From a virus (Duplodnaviria; Heunggongvirae; Uroviricota; Caudoviricetes), in IMG/VR virus record IMGVR_UViG_2609459834_000011, positions 1 to 36,654 of that record: a DNA stretch of 36,654 bases; one strand, given 5' to 3'. A model generated the notes under the pieces. The model searched no databases and was not told where the DNA came from. It saw nothing but the letters and a program-made list of their open reading frames with translations. Below, in pieces: positions 8,001-16,555 of the stretch (position 1 is its first letter; each line of letters opens with the position of its first letter). The position numbers were made by a program, and so were the translations under genes.

Positions 8001-8192
8001 ATGAAAATTTCTTTAGCTGAATACGTTGACGAAGTTGGACAGGCAAGAGCTGCTGATGCCATCGGCGTTCACCAGACCGCAATTAGTAAAGCTATCCGGG
8101 TAGGACGGAAGATTTTCGTTAACACCCTGCCTGATGGAAAAATTAAGGCTGAAGAGATCAAGCCTTTCCCACATAACAGAAATCCTGATTAA
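8001..8192 (+). CDS. cro: Cro-like small HTH repressor
   Basis: 63 aa; ATG at 8001 preceded by TAGGAG; HTH-like GQARAADAIGVHQTAISKAI; divergent from cI across the operator region. Confidence 0.7.
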   Translation: MKISLAEYVDEVGQARAADAIGVHQTAISKAIRVGRKIFVNTLPDGKIKAEEIKPFPHNRNPD

Positions 8193-8197
8193 ACAAA

Positions 8198-8239
8198 GCT
8201 GAATTGAGCAGTCAGCGGGTTCTGACTGAGTAATTCAGC
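8198..8239 (+). other. Long imperfect RNA hairpin between cro and cII (8-bp stem, 3x3 internal loop, 7-bp stem, 6-nt loop)
   Basis: GCTGAATTGAGCAGTCAG-CGGGTT-CTGACTGAGTAATTCAGC; no U-tract follows, so not a typical intrinsic terminator. Confidence 0.4.
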
Positions 8240-8271
8240 CATTCCAAACAACACCAGAGGAAGTATCACAA

Positions 8272-8493
8272 ATGGAGAGTTCAACGACACGCAACAAAGT
8301 GGAGGCTCGCAGGATAGAAAGCTGGTTACACAGCCAGATAGCTGAACTGGGAACCACGAATATCGCCAAAGTGGCCGGAGTGAATAAGTCGACGGTGAGT
8401 CGCTGGCGGGAAAGTCTGCTGCCGAACATGTCGTTACTGCTGGCCATCCTGATTTCTAACAGGCCGGGAGAGAAAGGTGACTTTGAAGCATGA
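8272..8493 (+). CDS. cII: CII-like transcriptional activator
   Basis: 73 aa; RIESWLHSQIAELGTTNIAKVAGVNKSTVSRWRESLLPNMSLLLAIL closely parallels lambda CII (RIESALLNKIAMLGTEKTAEAVGVDKSQISRWKRDWIPKFSMLLAVL) as recalled. Confidence 0.7.
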   Translation: MESSTTRNKVEARRIESWLHSQIAELGTTNIAKVAGVNKSTVSRWRESLLPNMSLLLAILISNRPGEKGDFEA

Positions 8494-8578
8494 GTGGGAA
8501 CAGAAAGGCGAAAGCCGCAGTGCGCTAACACTAACGGCTTTCTACGCGAATTAACTGAACAAATTCACAGGAGTAATT

Positions 8579-9433
8579 ATGGCAAATACTGCCGAGGTAA
8601 TCAATTTCCCTGTGCCTGTCGTGGCACTACAGGAGCTGCGCGTGGCAGATCTCGACGATGGGTTTACGCGCATCGCCAATGAGCTCCTTGAAGCTGTCAT
8701 GCATGCGGGTTTGTCGCAGCATCAGCTTTTGGTGTTCATGGCTGTCATGCGTAAAACATACGGCTTCAACAAGAAATCTGACTGGGTCAGTAACGAGCAG
8801 CTCTCGGAGCTGACCGGCATTCTCCCGCATAAGTGCTCAGCTGCAAAAAGCGTCCTGGTTAAGCGGGGGATATTAACTCAAACCGGTCGTGTTATCGGGA
8901 TTAATAAAACGGTCAGCGAATGGTCATCTTTACCCGTAAAAGGTACAGAAAAGAAACCTTACCTGAAAAAGGTAACATTACCCGAATCAGGTAAGAAAAG
9001 TTTACCCGAATCAGGTAACGCCTATTACCCGAATCAGGTAAACACAAAAGACAAACATACAAAAGACAATAAAGACAATATTAATAACCCCCCTAAATCC
9101 CCCCGGGCGGTTTTGTTCGATGCGTTAGCTGTTCAGTTGCCTGACTGGCTTTCTGCAGAAATCTGGTCGTCATGGGTGGCATATCGTCGCGACCTGAAAA
9201 AGCCGATCAAGTCTCAGCAGACGGTCACCCAGGCTATCAACCTGCTGGACCGCTGCAGACTGAACGGTTACGCGCCCGAAGAAATTATCAACCGCAGCAT
9301 CGCCAATGGCTGGCAAGGCCTGTTTGAGCCAAATGGTGCCAAGCCTCAACCAAGTCAACAGGTGCGAGTTGCCGAAAATTTCGCAGGGAAGGATTACGGG
9401 CAGACTGAAATCCCATCATGGGCGAGGGACTGA
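8579..9433 (+). CDS. Replication initiation protein (lambda O-like) containing the origin iterons
   Basis: 284 aa; N-terminal replisome-organiser-like region; the coding sequence carries four iterons plus an AT-rich tract, as lambda ori lies within O. Confidence 0.75.
   Translation: MANTAEVINFPVPVVALQELRVADLDDGFTRIANELLEAVMHAGLSQHQLLVFMAVMRKTYGFNKKSDWVSNEQLSELTGILPHKCSAAKSVLVKRGILTQTGRVIGINKTVSEWSSLPVKGTEKKPYLKKVTLPESGKKSLPESGNAYYPNQVNTKDKHTKDNKDNINNPPKSPRAVLFDALAVQLPDWLSAEIWSSWVAYRRDLKKPIKSQQTVTQAINLLDRCRLNGYAPEEIINRSIANGWQGLFEPNGAKPQPSQQVRVAENFAGKDYGQTEIPSWARD
8959..9087. repeat. Putative replication origin: four 17-bp inverted-repeat iterons followed by an AT-rich tract
   Basis: TTACCTGAAAAAGGTAA (8959-8975), then TTACCCGAATCAGGTAA three times (8978-8994, 9002-9018, 9025-9041) at 23-24 bp spacing, then an A-rich tract AACACAAAAGACAAACATACAAAAGACAATAAAGACAATATTAATAA. 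Confidence 0.6.
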
Positions 9434-9435
9434 TC

Positions 9436-10287
9436 ATGGAACTGGAAGAAAAAATCACTGCCATTGAGCGGATGCTTGATCAGCTGAGTAAGCCACCGGA
9501 AGACATCCCGAATTGCGAAGTGGTTATCGAGCGCGTCTGTTGCGAAAAGCATGGCGAGTATGAGCAGCGCAAGCGGATCCTGACCAGCAGCATCATCAAT
9601 CTGCCATCACCGCCGACACGCTGCCCGGGCTGCCTGCAAGACGAACTGAATTTTCTGAAGGATGAAAAGGTTCGCTGGGATAAGCGAGTTCGCCAGCAAA
9701 CTGCAGAAAGGCTGCTTCGACAGCTGGACATACCAGAGCGCTTCTCCACGTGCACTCTGGACAGCTACAAGCCTGTTGGGAAGGATTCTGAGCGAGCATT
9801 ACGGGTCTGCCAGGCCTACGCATCGAAATGGACTGATCGCCTCCAGCAGGGCGGTGGGTTGGTTATGTGTGGCAAACCTGGTACCGGTAAAAACCACCTT
9901 GCGCTGGCCATTGCCCGTCATGTGATTGAGCACCACCAAAGCTCAGTCATTTTCACGACGGCGCTCAAGATTGCCCGGGAGTTTAAATCGACCTGGTCAA
10001 AAACAGCCACGCGCACTGAGGATGAGGTGATCCGCTACTTCACGAAGCCAGACCTTCTGATTGTCGATGAGGTTGGTGTGCAGTTTGGCAGCGAAGCCGA
10101 GAAGATGATCATGTTTGAAATCATCAACACCCGCTACGAGCGCCTGAAGCCGACGATCCTGATCAGCAACCTGCCGAAGGATGAGCTGACGCAGTTTATC
10201 GGCGAGCGCGTCATCGACCGCATGAACGACGGCGGCGGCTGCACGATTTCGTTTACCTGGGACAGCTATCGGGAGAACCGGTCATGA
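9436..10287 (+). CDS. DnaC/IstB-like AAA+ helicase loader
   Basis: Walker A GKPGTGKNHLA and Walker B LLIVDEVG; ATG at 9436 lies 2 nt after the O-like stop (the ORF track also allows an overlapping start at 9418). Confidence 0.85.
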   Translation: MELEEKITAIERMLDQLSKPPEDIPNCEVVIERVCCEKHGEYEQRKRILTSSIINLPSPPTRCPGCLQDELNFLKDEKVRWDKRVRQQTAERLLRQLDIPERFSTCTLDSYKPVGKDSERALRVCQAYASKWTDRLQQGGGLVMCGKPGTGKNHLALAIARHVIEHHQSSVIFTTALKIAREFKSTWSKTATRTEDEVIRYFTKPDLLIVDEVGVQFGSEAEKMIMFEIINTRYERLKPTILISNLPKDELTQFIGERVIDRMNDGGGCTISFTWDSYRENRS

Positions 10288-10577
10288 CAGGAAAAGACGC
10301 AATTCTGAACTACCTGAAAACGCATAAAACCTGCAGCTCTCCAGATGTGGCTGCGGCTTCCGGAATGACGCATACCTGCATCAACCAGGCTGCCAACATC
10401 CTGGCAAAGCAGGGGGTACTGGTAGCTGAAGCTCGGGTATGGCGGACGGTTTACTACCGGCTGGCCACTGAAGAAGAAATTGCAGGCAGAAAGAGCACCA
10501 ATCAGATTTTCAACGAGTGTCGGCAAAGCCCGGCGATGAAGCGGGTACTGGCTGTTTACGGGAGAACATCAGCATGA
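10284..10577 (+). CDS. Hypothetical small protein
   Basis: 97 aa ORF, start overlaps the DnaC-like stop; no motif recognised. Confidence 0.45.
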   Translation: MTGKDAILNYLKTHKTCSSPDVAAASGMTHTCINQAANILAKQGVLVAEARVWRTVYYRLATEEEIAGRKSTNQIFNECRQSPAMKRVLAVYGRTSA

Positions 10578-11101
10578 CTATCACACTACAGGCAGTAAAC
10601 GAGCTCATCGCCTCCCTGGAGAGCGCAGGCGAGCTGTCGATCAGAGAGCAGAAGTTCCTGAAGCTGGCGAAAGCACATGTACAGTTGGCTGCGGAGAATG
10701 TGGCGCTGAAAAAATCAGCGCCGGCACCGTTCAGTAAGCTGATGATGGAAGCGCTTGATACTTATCATTCGAAAGCTGACGACGTGCCTGAGTTGGCCAT
10801 GCTGAGCGCATACGTAAAACTGCGCGATGGGCTAAAAACCCCCGCCACCGATCGCATCGTAGCCGGGATTAAGGCTGATGGTCGCATTGAAGGTGCGCAC
10901 TTCGTTGCTAACCGAATGCTGGCTGCCTGGGATGCAGGTTTTATCGAAGACACAGCCAAAAACGCCGCCGATATCGCCCGTATGATTCTTACCTCAACCG
11001 AGTTTATGGCAGCTGCACCAGAGGGTGATTTCGACCGCTCCTTTGCTGATGGCATCCTGGAAGATATCGCCCAGCAGCTGCGCGAGGGGGCAGACAAATG
11101 A
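10574..11101 (+). CDS. Hypothetical protein
   Basis: 175 aa from ATG at 10574 (ATGA overlap with upstream stop, SD GGAGA); the ORF track opens at a GTG at 10517. Confidence 0.45.
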   Translation: MTITLQAVNELIASLESAGELSIREQKFLKLAKAHVQLAAENVALKKSAPAPFSKLMMEALDTYHSKADDVPELAMLSAYVKLRDGLKTPATDRIVAGIKADGRIEGAHFVANRMLAAWDAGFIEDTAKNAADIARMILTSTEFMAAAPEGDFDRSFADGILEDIAQQLREGADK

Positions 11102-11534
11102 GCCTCGCCACTTATCTCAATACCGGTGCAGCGGAACCGATTTGGATGTGAAAAAGCATTTGCGTGGGGCCACAGCATTTACTTGGGAAGGAATTAGATT
11201 TGAGATTATTGAGCCGGTAAAGCGCAGCCAGCAGTAACATCCAGGCCTCTACGGAGGCCTTTTTCTTTGATTATTCAAACTTAAGCAGCCATGATGACCT
11301 CGTCAGCCTGAACACCTCCGAGAATACTTCATGGAGCGCGTCCGCTACTACCGCGAGCAGAGTATCCAGCTACCCAAGGCATCCGATCCGCGCTATCTCG
11401 AAATGGCTGAGCAGAACGCCAAGAAATAGCGATTTTCTCGTATATGCTCATTTTGCTTTTATCCCCGGGAAGGGCGATAATTACCTCGTCAGCCTGAGCA
11501 ACTGACACGATTATCCGGCGCCAAGTGGGGACAC

Positions 11535-12131
11535 ATGGCGCAAACACTGCAATTTGAGAAGAGTTATCAAAACGTACTGATTCCCGCAGAGCCGGGAACC
11601 AGCGAATACCTGCAACTTATCCCTGTAGGGCAACTGCTTTGCGGTGAGTTTCGCAAGCCCCGGAATTACGCATTCCACAAGAAGTTCTTCAAACTTCTGA
11701 CTCTCGGGTATCACTACTGGACGCCTTCCGGTGGCCTCATTGAGCCAGCGGAGCGCAACCTCATATCCGGGTTTATCGACTTCCTCTCACCCGAATTCGA
11801 TCAGCGCGCTGCACTCCAGAACGCCGCGGAGATGTATCTCTCCTCGGTCGGTATCTCCCGTTCCCGCGATATGGCGCTGCTGAAACACTTCGAATCCTTC
11901 CGCGAGTGGGCAACCATTCAGGCTGGCTTTTACGACGAATACCAGATGCCTGACGGTAGCCGTCGTCGTGTCGCAAAGTCGATCTCCTTCGCCAGCATGG
12001 ACGACAGCCAGTTTAACGGCGTCTACAAATCAGTGCTGAATGTGCTCTGGAACTACATTCTGCGTCGCAAGTTCCACTCGCCAGCTGAGGCTGAAAACGC
12101 CGCCAGTCAGCTGCTGAGCTTTGCGGGGTGA
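11535..12131 (+). CDS. Conserved hypothetical nin-region protein
   Basis: 198 aa; first gene of a chain of six start/stop-overlapping genes ending with the Q-like gene. Confidence 0.5.
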   Translation: MAQTLQFEKSYQNVLIPAEPGTSEYLQLIPVGQLLCGEFRKPRNYAFHKKFFKLLTLGYHYWTPSGGLIEPAERNLISGFIDFLSPEFDQRAALQNAAEMYLSSVGISRSRDMALLKHFESFREWATIQAGFYDEYQMPDGSRRRVAKSISFASMDDSQFNGVYKSVLNVLWNYILRRKFHSPAEAENAASQLLSFAG

Positions 12132-12304
12132 TGGCTATGCAATGTCTTCTCGCCAAAGTAATGGAGCGCGGCATCTTCCGCGTGCCGGCGCGCCGCAAGC
12201 GCAAGGTAGAAGTTAAGCCTTCCGATATCCCCACCTTTCACTATACGGCTCACCTGGCAGATGTCCGCTGGCTGCGCCGCGCTGCCAGAAGGAAAATTGC
12301 ATGA
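12131..12304 (+). CDS. Small basic protein (57 aa), nin region
   Basis: Hand-translated [57 protein letters not shown]; overlaps neighbours on both sides (TGATG upstream, ATGA downstream); below the ORF-track cutoff. Confidence 0.4.
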   Translation: MAMQCLLAKVMERGIFRVPARRKRKVEVKPSDIPTFHYTAHLADVRWLRRAARRKIA

Positions 12305-12975
12305 GCATTTATCAACGCATTAACGGCGCTGACTGGCGCAATATCTGGGTTGTTGGCGACCTGCACGGCTGCTACACCAACCTGATGAACCGGCTGGACG
12401 CGGTCGGGTTCGACCCAGCACAGGATCTGCTGGTTTCGGTTGGCGACCTCATCGACCGCGGCACCGAGAACGTCGAATGCCTCGACCTGATTAATCAGCC
12501 ATGGTTCCGCGCGGTGCGCGGCAACCATGAGCAGATGATGCTGGATGCTATCGCAGCCGGATACGGCAGCAAGGAGATTCACTGGAGGCAGAACGGCGGA
12601 ACCTGGTACTACTTCCTCAACCCGGAGCAGGAGATTTTGGCAAAGTCACTAATCCGCAAAGTTGCAGAACTGCCGTTCATCATCGAGGTGGAGAAGGACG
12701 GCAAGAAGTTCGTCATCTGCCACGCGGATTACCCGGACGATGATTACGAGTTCGGCAAGCCAGTGGACGCAGATCTGGTGATCTGGAATCGTGAGCGGGT
12801 TAGCGACGCTCAGGGCGGCATTGTCTCGCCGATAGCCGGTGCTGATCTGTTTATCTTCGGCCACACCCCTGCGCGCCAGCCCCTGAAGTATGCCAACCAG
12901 ATGTACATCGACACAGGAGCGGTGTTTTGCGGAAACCTCACGCTGGTTCAGGTGCAAGGTGGTGACCATGAGTAA
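12301..12975 (+). CDS. Ser/Thr protein phosphatase (lambda NinI-like metallophosphoesterase)
   Basis: GDLHG, GDLIDRG and GNHE metallophosphatase motifs in canonical order; 224 aa. Confidence 0.9.
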   Translation: MSIYQRINGADWRNIWVVGDLHGCYTNLMNRLDAVGFDPAQDLLVSVGDLIDRGTENVECLDLINQPWFRAVRGNHEQMMLDAIAAGYGSKEIHWRQNGGTWYYFLNPEQEILAKSLIRKVAELPFIIEVEKDGKKFVICHADYPDDDYEFGKPVDADLVIWNRERVSDAQGGIVSPIAGADLFIFGHTPARQPLKYANQMYIDTGAVFCGNLTLVQVQGGDHE

Positions 12976-13252
12976 AACCTACCGCAGCAAGAAGTGGCTC
13001 GCCGCAGTCGGCCAGATTGAGCAATGCGTCCTTTGCGGAGCGTGGGGCGTACAGGTAGCACACCGCAATGAAGGTAAGGGAATTGGCATGAAGACAGACG
13101 ACTGCGCCACCGCCGCTATCTGTGTCACCTGCCATTCAGAGATTGATAACGGGAAGGGGCTTAGCCGTGACGAGCGCCGCCAGTTAATGGATCGCGCCAT
13201 CGTCCTGACCATTATTCAGATTGCCCGTCGTGGCTTGGTGGTGCCTGCATGA
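12968..13252 (+). CDS. YbcO-like (DUF1364-type) Cys-rich protein
   Basis: 94 aa from ATG at 12968; CVLCGAWG...VAHR...CVTCHSEID pattern resembles E. coli YbcO as recalled; sits before a RusA-like gene as ybcO does in prophage DLP12. Confidence 0.55.
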   Translation: MSKTYRSKKWLAAVGQIEQCVLCGAWGVQVAHRNEGKGIGMKTDDCATAAICVTCHSEIDNGKGLSRDERRQLMDRAIVLTIIQIARRGLVVPA

Positions 13253-13608
13253 AAATCTACGACATCACACCAATCGGCAAGCCTCGCATGACCCGCGCCG
13301 ACAAATGGAAAACACGGCCTGCGGTCATGCGTTACCGCGCATTCTGCGATGAAGCACGTCTGCGCAAAATCAATCTCCCTGAGTCCGGCGCGCATATCAC
13401 CTTCGTTATGCCAATGCCCCCGAGTTGGAGCAAAAAGAAGCGGGAACAGCTCAACGGCAAGCCGCACCAGTCAAAACCAGACTGCGACAACATGCTTAAA
13501 GCACTGATGGATGCCCTGTTTGATGATGATTCCAGTGTCTGGGATTGTCGCATTACAAAGCTATGGGGCGAGAAAGGCCAGATCATCATTCGGGAGAACG
13601 GACAATGA
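13249..13608 (+). CDS. rusA: RusA-like Holliday junction resolvase
   Basis: 119 aa; KPDCDNMLKALMDALFDDD matches the RusA catalytic DxDNxxKAxxDAL...D signature (E. coli RusA [22 protein letters not shown], as recalled). Confidence 0.65.
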   Translation: MKIYDITPIGKPRMTRADKWKTRPAVMRYRAFCDEARLRKINLPESGAHITFVMPMPPSWSKKKREQLNGKPHQSKPDCDNMLKALMDALFDDDSSVWDCRITKLWGEKGQIIIRENGQ

Positions 13609-14288
13609 CACGCAACGACATTAACAATTACCAGAAAGCGTCTGTTGAGCGTACCAACCCGCAAAACGCCTGGGTGACGCTAGCAGCAGCTCCACGCAGA
13701 TCTTACCTGGGGAAATACCGCCGACTTACACCATCGCAAAGCCGTTGGGTTCGTTCGTTGCTGAACCACTGGGGCGGCATGTACGGTGGCAGTGGAACAG
13801 AGCACCTTTCTGGTGGCGGTGGTATGTGGTCAATGATATTGACCGGCTGGACTGGCGAGCAGCAGGAGCGGATCGCTACCGTGCTGTCTGGTCTGCGTAA
13901 AATTGGCTATACCGGCGATGCGTTGTTTGAGCAGGCGAAAGCCATCATCTGGCCGAAGAAATCACTTTCTGACCTGATCGGCAACGCCGGGGATCAAGAG
14001 GAAGCTGCATTCATGGAGGCTATCATCCTGAAGTCCTTCAAGCCGGGGAATCCCGTGTATGAGATAGGGAAGGACTATTACACCTGGAGGAAAACCATTA
14101 ATGACATGGCACGGTGGATGCAATATTACTACGCGCCGTTTCTGACCGAAAAGCAATGTATTGACCGCGTGCGCTGGTGTATTGAGTTGTTTAATTCTGC
14201 TGTCTTCTTCACGTTAAAAGATGAATTTGGCTTCGAAAATGCAAAAACTTGCGAAAAAGACTTGAAAACGAGTTTTGAAACTGCATAA
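13605..14288 (+). CDS. Putative late-gene antiterminator (Q-like), assigned mainly by position
   Basis: 227 aa from ATG at 13605 (ATGA overlap with the RusA-like gene); last gene of the nin-like operon, directly upstream of a terminator, tRNA and the lysis cassette. No lambda-Q zinc-finger motif seen. Confidence 0.45.
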   Translation: MTRNDINNYQKASVERTNPQNAWVTLAAAPRRSYLGKYRRLTPSQSRWVRSLLNHWGGMYGGSGTEHLSGGGGMWSMILTGWTGEQQERIATVLSGLRKIGYTGDALFEQAKAIIWPKKSLSDLIGNAGDQEEAAFMEAIILKSFKPGNPVYEIGKDYYTWRKTINDMARWMQYYYAPFLTEKQCIDRVRWCIELFNSAVFFTLKDEFGFENAKTCEKDLKTSFETA

Positions 14289-14372
14289 TTCAGATATGCT
14301 CGGACGTCAAAGGCGAAAGAGCTTACCCACCAGCGGAGATGCCTTGCGCGGAGCGGTGTGAACCACATTTAA

Positions 14373-14399
14373 GCCCTTGCAGAAATGCAGGGGCTTTTT
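14373..14399 (+). terminator. Intrinsic terminator (tR'-like) downstream of the Q-like gene
   Basis: GCCCTTGCA-GAAA-TGCAGGGGC (9-bp stem with one G-U pair, GNRA loop) followed by TTTTT. Confidence 0.6.
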
Positions 14400-14406
14400 G
14401 CATTCA

Positions 14407-14481
14407 GGGTCAGAAGCACAGAGGTTGTGCGATCGGCTGTTAACCGATTGGTCGAAGGTTCGAATCCTTCCTGTCCCGCCA
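14407..14481 (+). tRNA. tRNA-like gene, anticodon GTT (Asn)
   Basis: 75 nt folding as a cloverleaf: acceptor GGGTCAG/CTGTCCC (one U-U mismatch at 4:69), D-arm GCAC/GTGC, anticodon stem ATCGG/CCGAT with loop CTGTTAA, T-arm GAAGG-TTCGAAT-CCTTC, discriminator G, encoded CCA. Confidence 0.7.
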
Positions 14482-14531
14482 AATACCTACCAGGACCATA
14501 AGAGCAAAAGCTCAACGCACTACCCTCTATT

Positions 14532-14555
14532 GCCCACCGCGCCGTGGGCTTTTTT
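14532..14555 (+). terminator. Intrinsic terminator upstream of the lysis cassette
   Basis: GCCCAC-CGCGCC-GTGGGC followed by TTTTTT. Confidence 0.6.
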
Positions 14556-14663
14556 ATTGCAGGCCGCAGATATCATTTTCAGATGCCATGTAGCAATCAG
14601 AGTCTGACGGCCTTTCCCCTACAAACACACACAGCACCATCCGGAAAATCGGAGGTGAGGCCT

Positions 14664-14987
14664 ATGAAAATGCCATACAAACAAGATTTCATCGCTGCGC
14701 TACTTGCCGCCAAGGAGCAGGGTATTGGTGCAATGCTGGCTTTTATCATGGCGTATCTGCGTGGTCGCTATAACGGCGGCGCGGTAACAAAAACGCTAAT
14801 TGATGCGCTGATGTGCGCGATGATTGCCTGGTTCGTTCGTGACCTTCTGGACTTTATCGGCCTGAGCAGCAACCTCGCCTACATAGCCAGCGTCTTTATT
14901 GGATACATCGGCACCGATTCGATCGGCAATCTGATTAAAAAACTTGCAGCAAAAAAGGCGGGAGTTGACGATGCAAACCAGTCCTGA
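14664..14987 (+). CDS. S: Class I holin, lambda S-like, with dual-start MKM motif
   Basis: 107 aa; [39 protein letters not shown]...[25 protein letters not shown] is near-identical in pattern to lambda S as recalled; SD GGAGGTGAGG upstream. Confidence 0.9.
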   Translation: MKMPYKQDFIAALLAAKEQGIGAMLAFIMAYLRGRYNGGAVTKTLIDALMCAMIAWFVRDLLDFIGLSSNLAYIASVFIGYIGTDSIGNLIKKLAAKKAGVDDANQS

Positions 14988-15420
14988 CGGAATTGCTCTG
15001 ATAAAAAAATTTGAAGGTTGTCGACTGACTGCTTACCCCGACCCCGGAACGGGAGATGCGCCGTGGACCATCGGCTATGGCTGGACCCATCCGGTTGACG
15101 GAAAGCCAGTAAAGCGCGGTATGACTATCGACCAGCAAACCGCTGACAGGCTTCTGAAAACAGGGCTTGTTGGTTATGAGAATGACGTGCTGAAAGTTGT
15201 CAGGGTGAAGCTGACACAAGGCCAGTTCGACGCACTGGTGTCGTTCGCTTACAACGTTGGGTCGCGTGCTCTTTCCACATCTACACTGCTGAAAAAGCTG
15301 AATGCTGGCGATATAAAAGGCGCGGCAGATGAATTTCTGCGCTGGAATAAATCAGGCGGAAAGGTGATGCCGGGGCTCACGAATCGCCGCAAGGCAGAGC
15401 GAGCTCTGTTCCTGTCATGA
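14971..15420 (+). CDS. R: Endolysin (phage lysozyme, GH24-like)
   Basis: 149 aa from ATG at 14971 (SD GGAG); [22 protein letters not shown]...TIGYGWT lysozyme motif; start overlaps the holin 3' end. Confidence 0.9.
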   Translation: MQTSPDGIALIKKFEGCRLTAYPDPGTGDAPWTIGYGWTHPVDGKPVKRGMTIDQQTADRLLKTGLVGYENDVLKVVRVKLTQGQFDALVSFAYNVGSRALSTSTLLKKLNAGDIKGAADEFLRWNKSGGKVMPGLTNRRKAERALFLS

Positions 15421-15884
15421 TTAGCGCACTGGTTAAGCGTTACTGGCTGCAGTTGCTGGTGCTGGCGTTAATCGGCGCACTGGCTTTCTTCGTGAACCAC
15501 TACCGCGACAACGCCATCACTTACAGAGACCAGCGCGATAAGGCCACTGAGAAACTCCTCCTGGCGACCGCCACCATTAAAGACATGCAGACCCGCCAGC
15601 GTGATGTCGCTGCACTGGATGCCAAATACACCGGAGAACTGGCTGATGCGAAAGAAACCATTGAGCGTCTGCATAGCGATGTCATTGCTGGCCGTAAGCG
15701 CCTGCAAGTCGCCGCCACCTGTGCAAAGTCAACGACCGGAGCCAGCAGCATGGGCGATGGAGAAAGCCCAAGACTTACAGCAGATGCTGAACTCAATTAT
15801 TACCGTCTCCGAAGTGGAATCGACAAGATAACCGCGCAGGTTAACTACCTGCAGGAATACATCAGGACGCAATGCCTGAAATGA
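15417..15884 (+). CDS. Rz: Rz-like inner-membrane spanin
   Basis: 155 aa; N-terminal TM helix then coiled-coil periplasmic domain; ATGA overlap with endolysin; contains the embedded Rz1 frame. Confidence 0.8.
   Translation: MISALVKRYWLQLLVLALIGALAFFVNHYRDNAITYRDQRDKATEKLLLATATIKDMQTRQRDVAALDAKYTGELADAKETIERLHSDVIAGRKRLQVAATCAKSTTGASSMGDGESPRLTADAELNYYRLRSGIDKITAQVNYLQEYIRTQCLK
15646..15831 (+). CDS. Rz1: Rz1-like outer-membrane lipoprotein spanin, embedded in the +1 frame of Rz
   Basis: 61 aa from ATG 15646: [20 protein letters not shown] (signal peptide plus lipobox Cys) followed by a Pro-rich mature region. Confidence 0.75.
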   Translation: MRKKPLSVCIAMSLLAVSACKSPPPVQSQRPEPAAWAMEKAQDLQQMLNSIITVSEVESTR

Positions 15885-15920
15885 TCGGGCGATGAAAACC
15901 AAAAAAAACAGGAGCAATAC

Positions 15921-16196
15921 ATGACTAAGCTTTATCACCGCATCTCAACTTTTCTCTCTGGTTGCTGGGCGTTTATCACGTCTATTTCGTTCGCCATCTT
16001 TAGTTTCGGTAGCACAGCGTGCTCGCTTAGTCGGGGTCTGTGGCGTGCTATTTCAGCACTAGCGCCGAAATTTTTACCTGAAAAGGCTGTTTGGCGAATT
16101 GTAGAGCGAATGTGTAGTGAGAGCGTTCGCGAGAAGATTAACGTATTTGGACGTCATCCTCGAAATACAGGCGCATTGTGCAGTCCGTTACTGTAG
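15921..16196 (+). CDS. Hypothetical protein with hydrophobic N-terminal region
   Basis: 91 aa; SD AGGAG upstream; first ORF of the accessory cluster between lysis and terminase. Confidence 0.45.
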   Translation: MTKLYHRISTFLSGCWAFITSISFAIFSFGSTACSLSRGLWRAISALAPKFLPEKAVWRIVERMCSESVREKINVFGRHPRNTGALCSPLL

Positions 16197-16197
16197 T

Positions 16198-16234
16198 CAT
16201 TACAAAGCCCATCTACGGGTGGGCTTGATAATGG
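16198..16234 (+). repeat. Hairpin-containing repeat, copy 1 (CATTACAAAGCCC...GGGCTTGATAATGG)
   Basis: Begins 2 nt after the stop of the 91-aa ORF; stem AAGCCCA/TGGGCTT; related in sequence and context to the copy at 16502-16539. Confidence 0.45.
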
Positions 16235-16315
16235 TTATCCCCGAAAGCGGATAAGGTAATGAAAATCCCTTCTCAGGGATAAATTTGAAAAATTATCTAA
16301 TGTGGAGGCCGCAGG

Positions 16316-16501
16316 ATGTCCAGGCTAAACGTTGAAGTTACCCCACCAGACAGCGAGGCGCTGAACGGGATTTTTGCAGAGATTGAGCGCAAATATGCGC
16401 GTCAGCCGCTGACGCCAAAAGTAATTGATGAAATGCAACGCGAAGCGACGCGCCTTGTACGGCGAATGATAACCACAAAGGTTACGTTCGTCCGGGACTG
16501 A
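16316..16501 (+). CDS. Hypothetical small protein (61 aa), bracketed by two hairpin repeats
   Basis: MSRLNVEVTPPDSEALNGIFAEIERKYARQPLTPKVIDEMQREATRLVRRMITTKVTFVRD; SD GGAGG upstream. Confidence 0.45.
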   Translation: MSRLNVEVTPPDSEALNGIFAEIERKYARQPLTPKVIDEMQREATRLVRRMITTKVTFVRD

Positions 16502-16539
16502 CATTACAGAAGCCCTTCACTGAGGGGCTTCGATAATGG
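16502..16539 (+). repeat. Hairpin-containing repeat, copy 2 (CATTACAGAAGCCC...GGGGCTTCGATAATGG)
   Basis: Starts immediately after the stop of the 61-aa ORF; stem GAAGCCC/GGGCTTC with 8-9 nt loop; shares CATTACA-stem-GATAATGG flanks with copy 1. Confidence 0.45.
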
Positions 16540-16555
16540 AGCACTGGGATTATTC

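Noticed and set aside
8494-8682. 62-aa plus-strand ORF between cII and the O-like gene
   Set aside because: Overlaps the O-like gene start in another frame, has no SD, and its translation is Arg/Cys/Gly-rich; the coupled cII and O-like genes leave little room for it.
14377-14607. 76-aa plus-strand ORF opening at a TTG
   Set aside because: It spans the first terminator, the tRNA-like gene and the second terminator; the nucleotide-level structures explain this region better than a protein.
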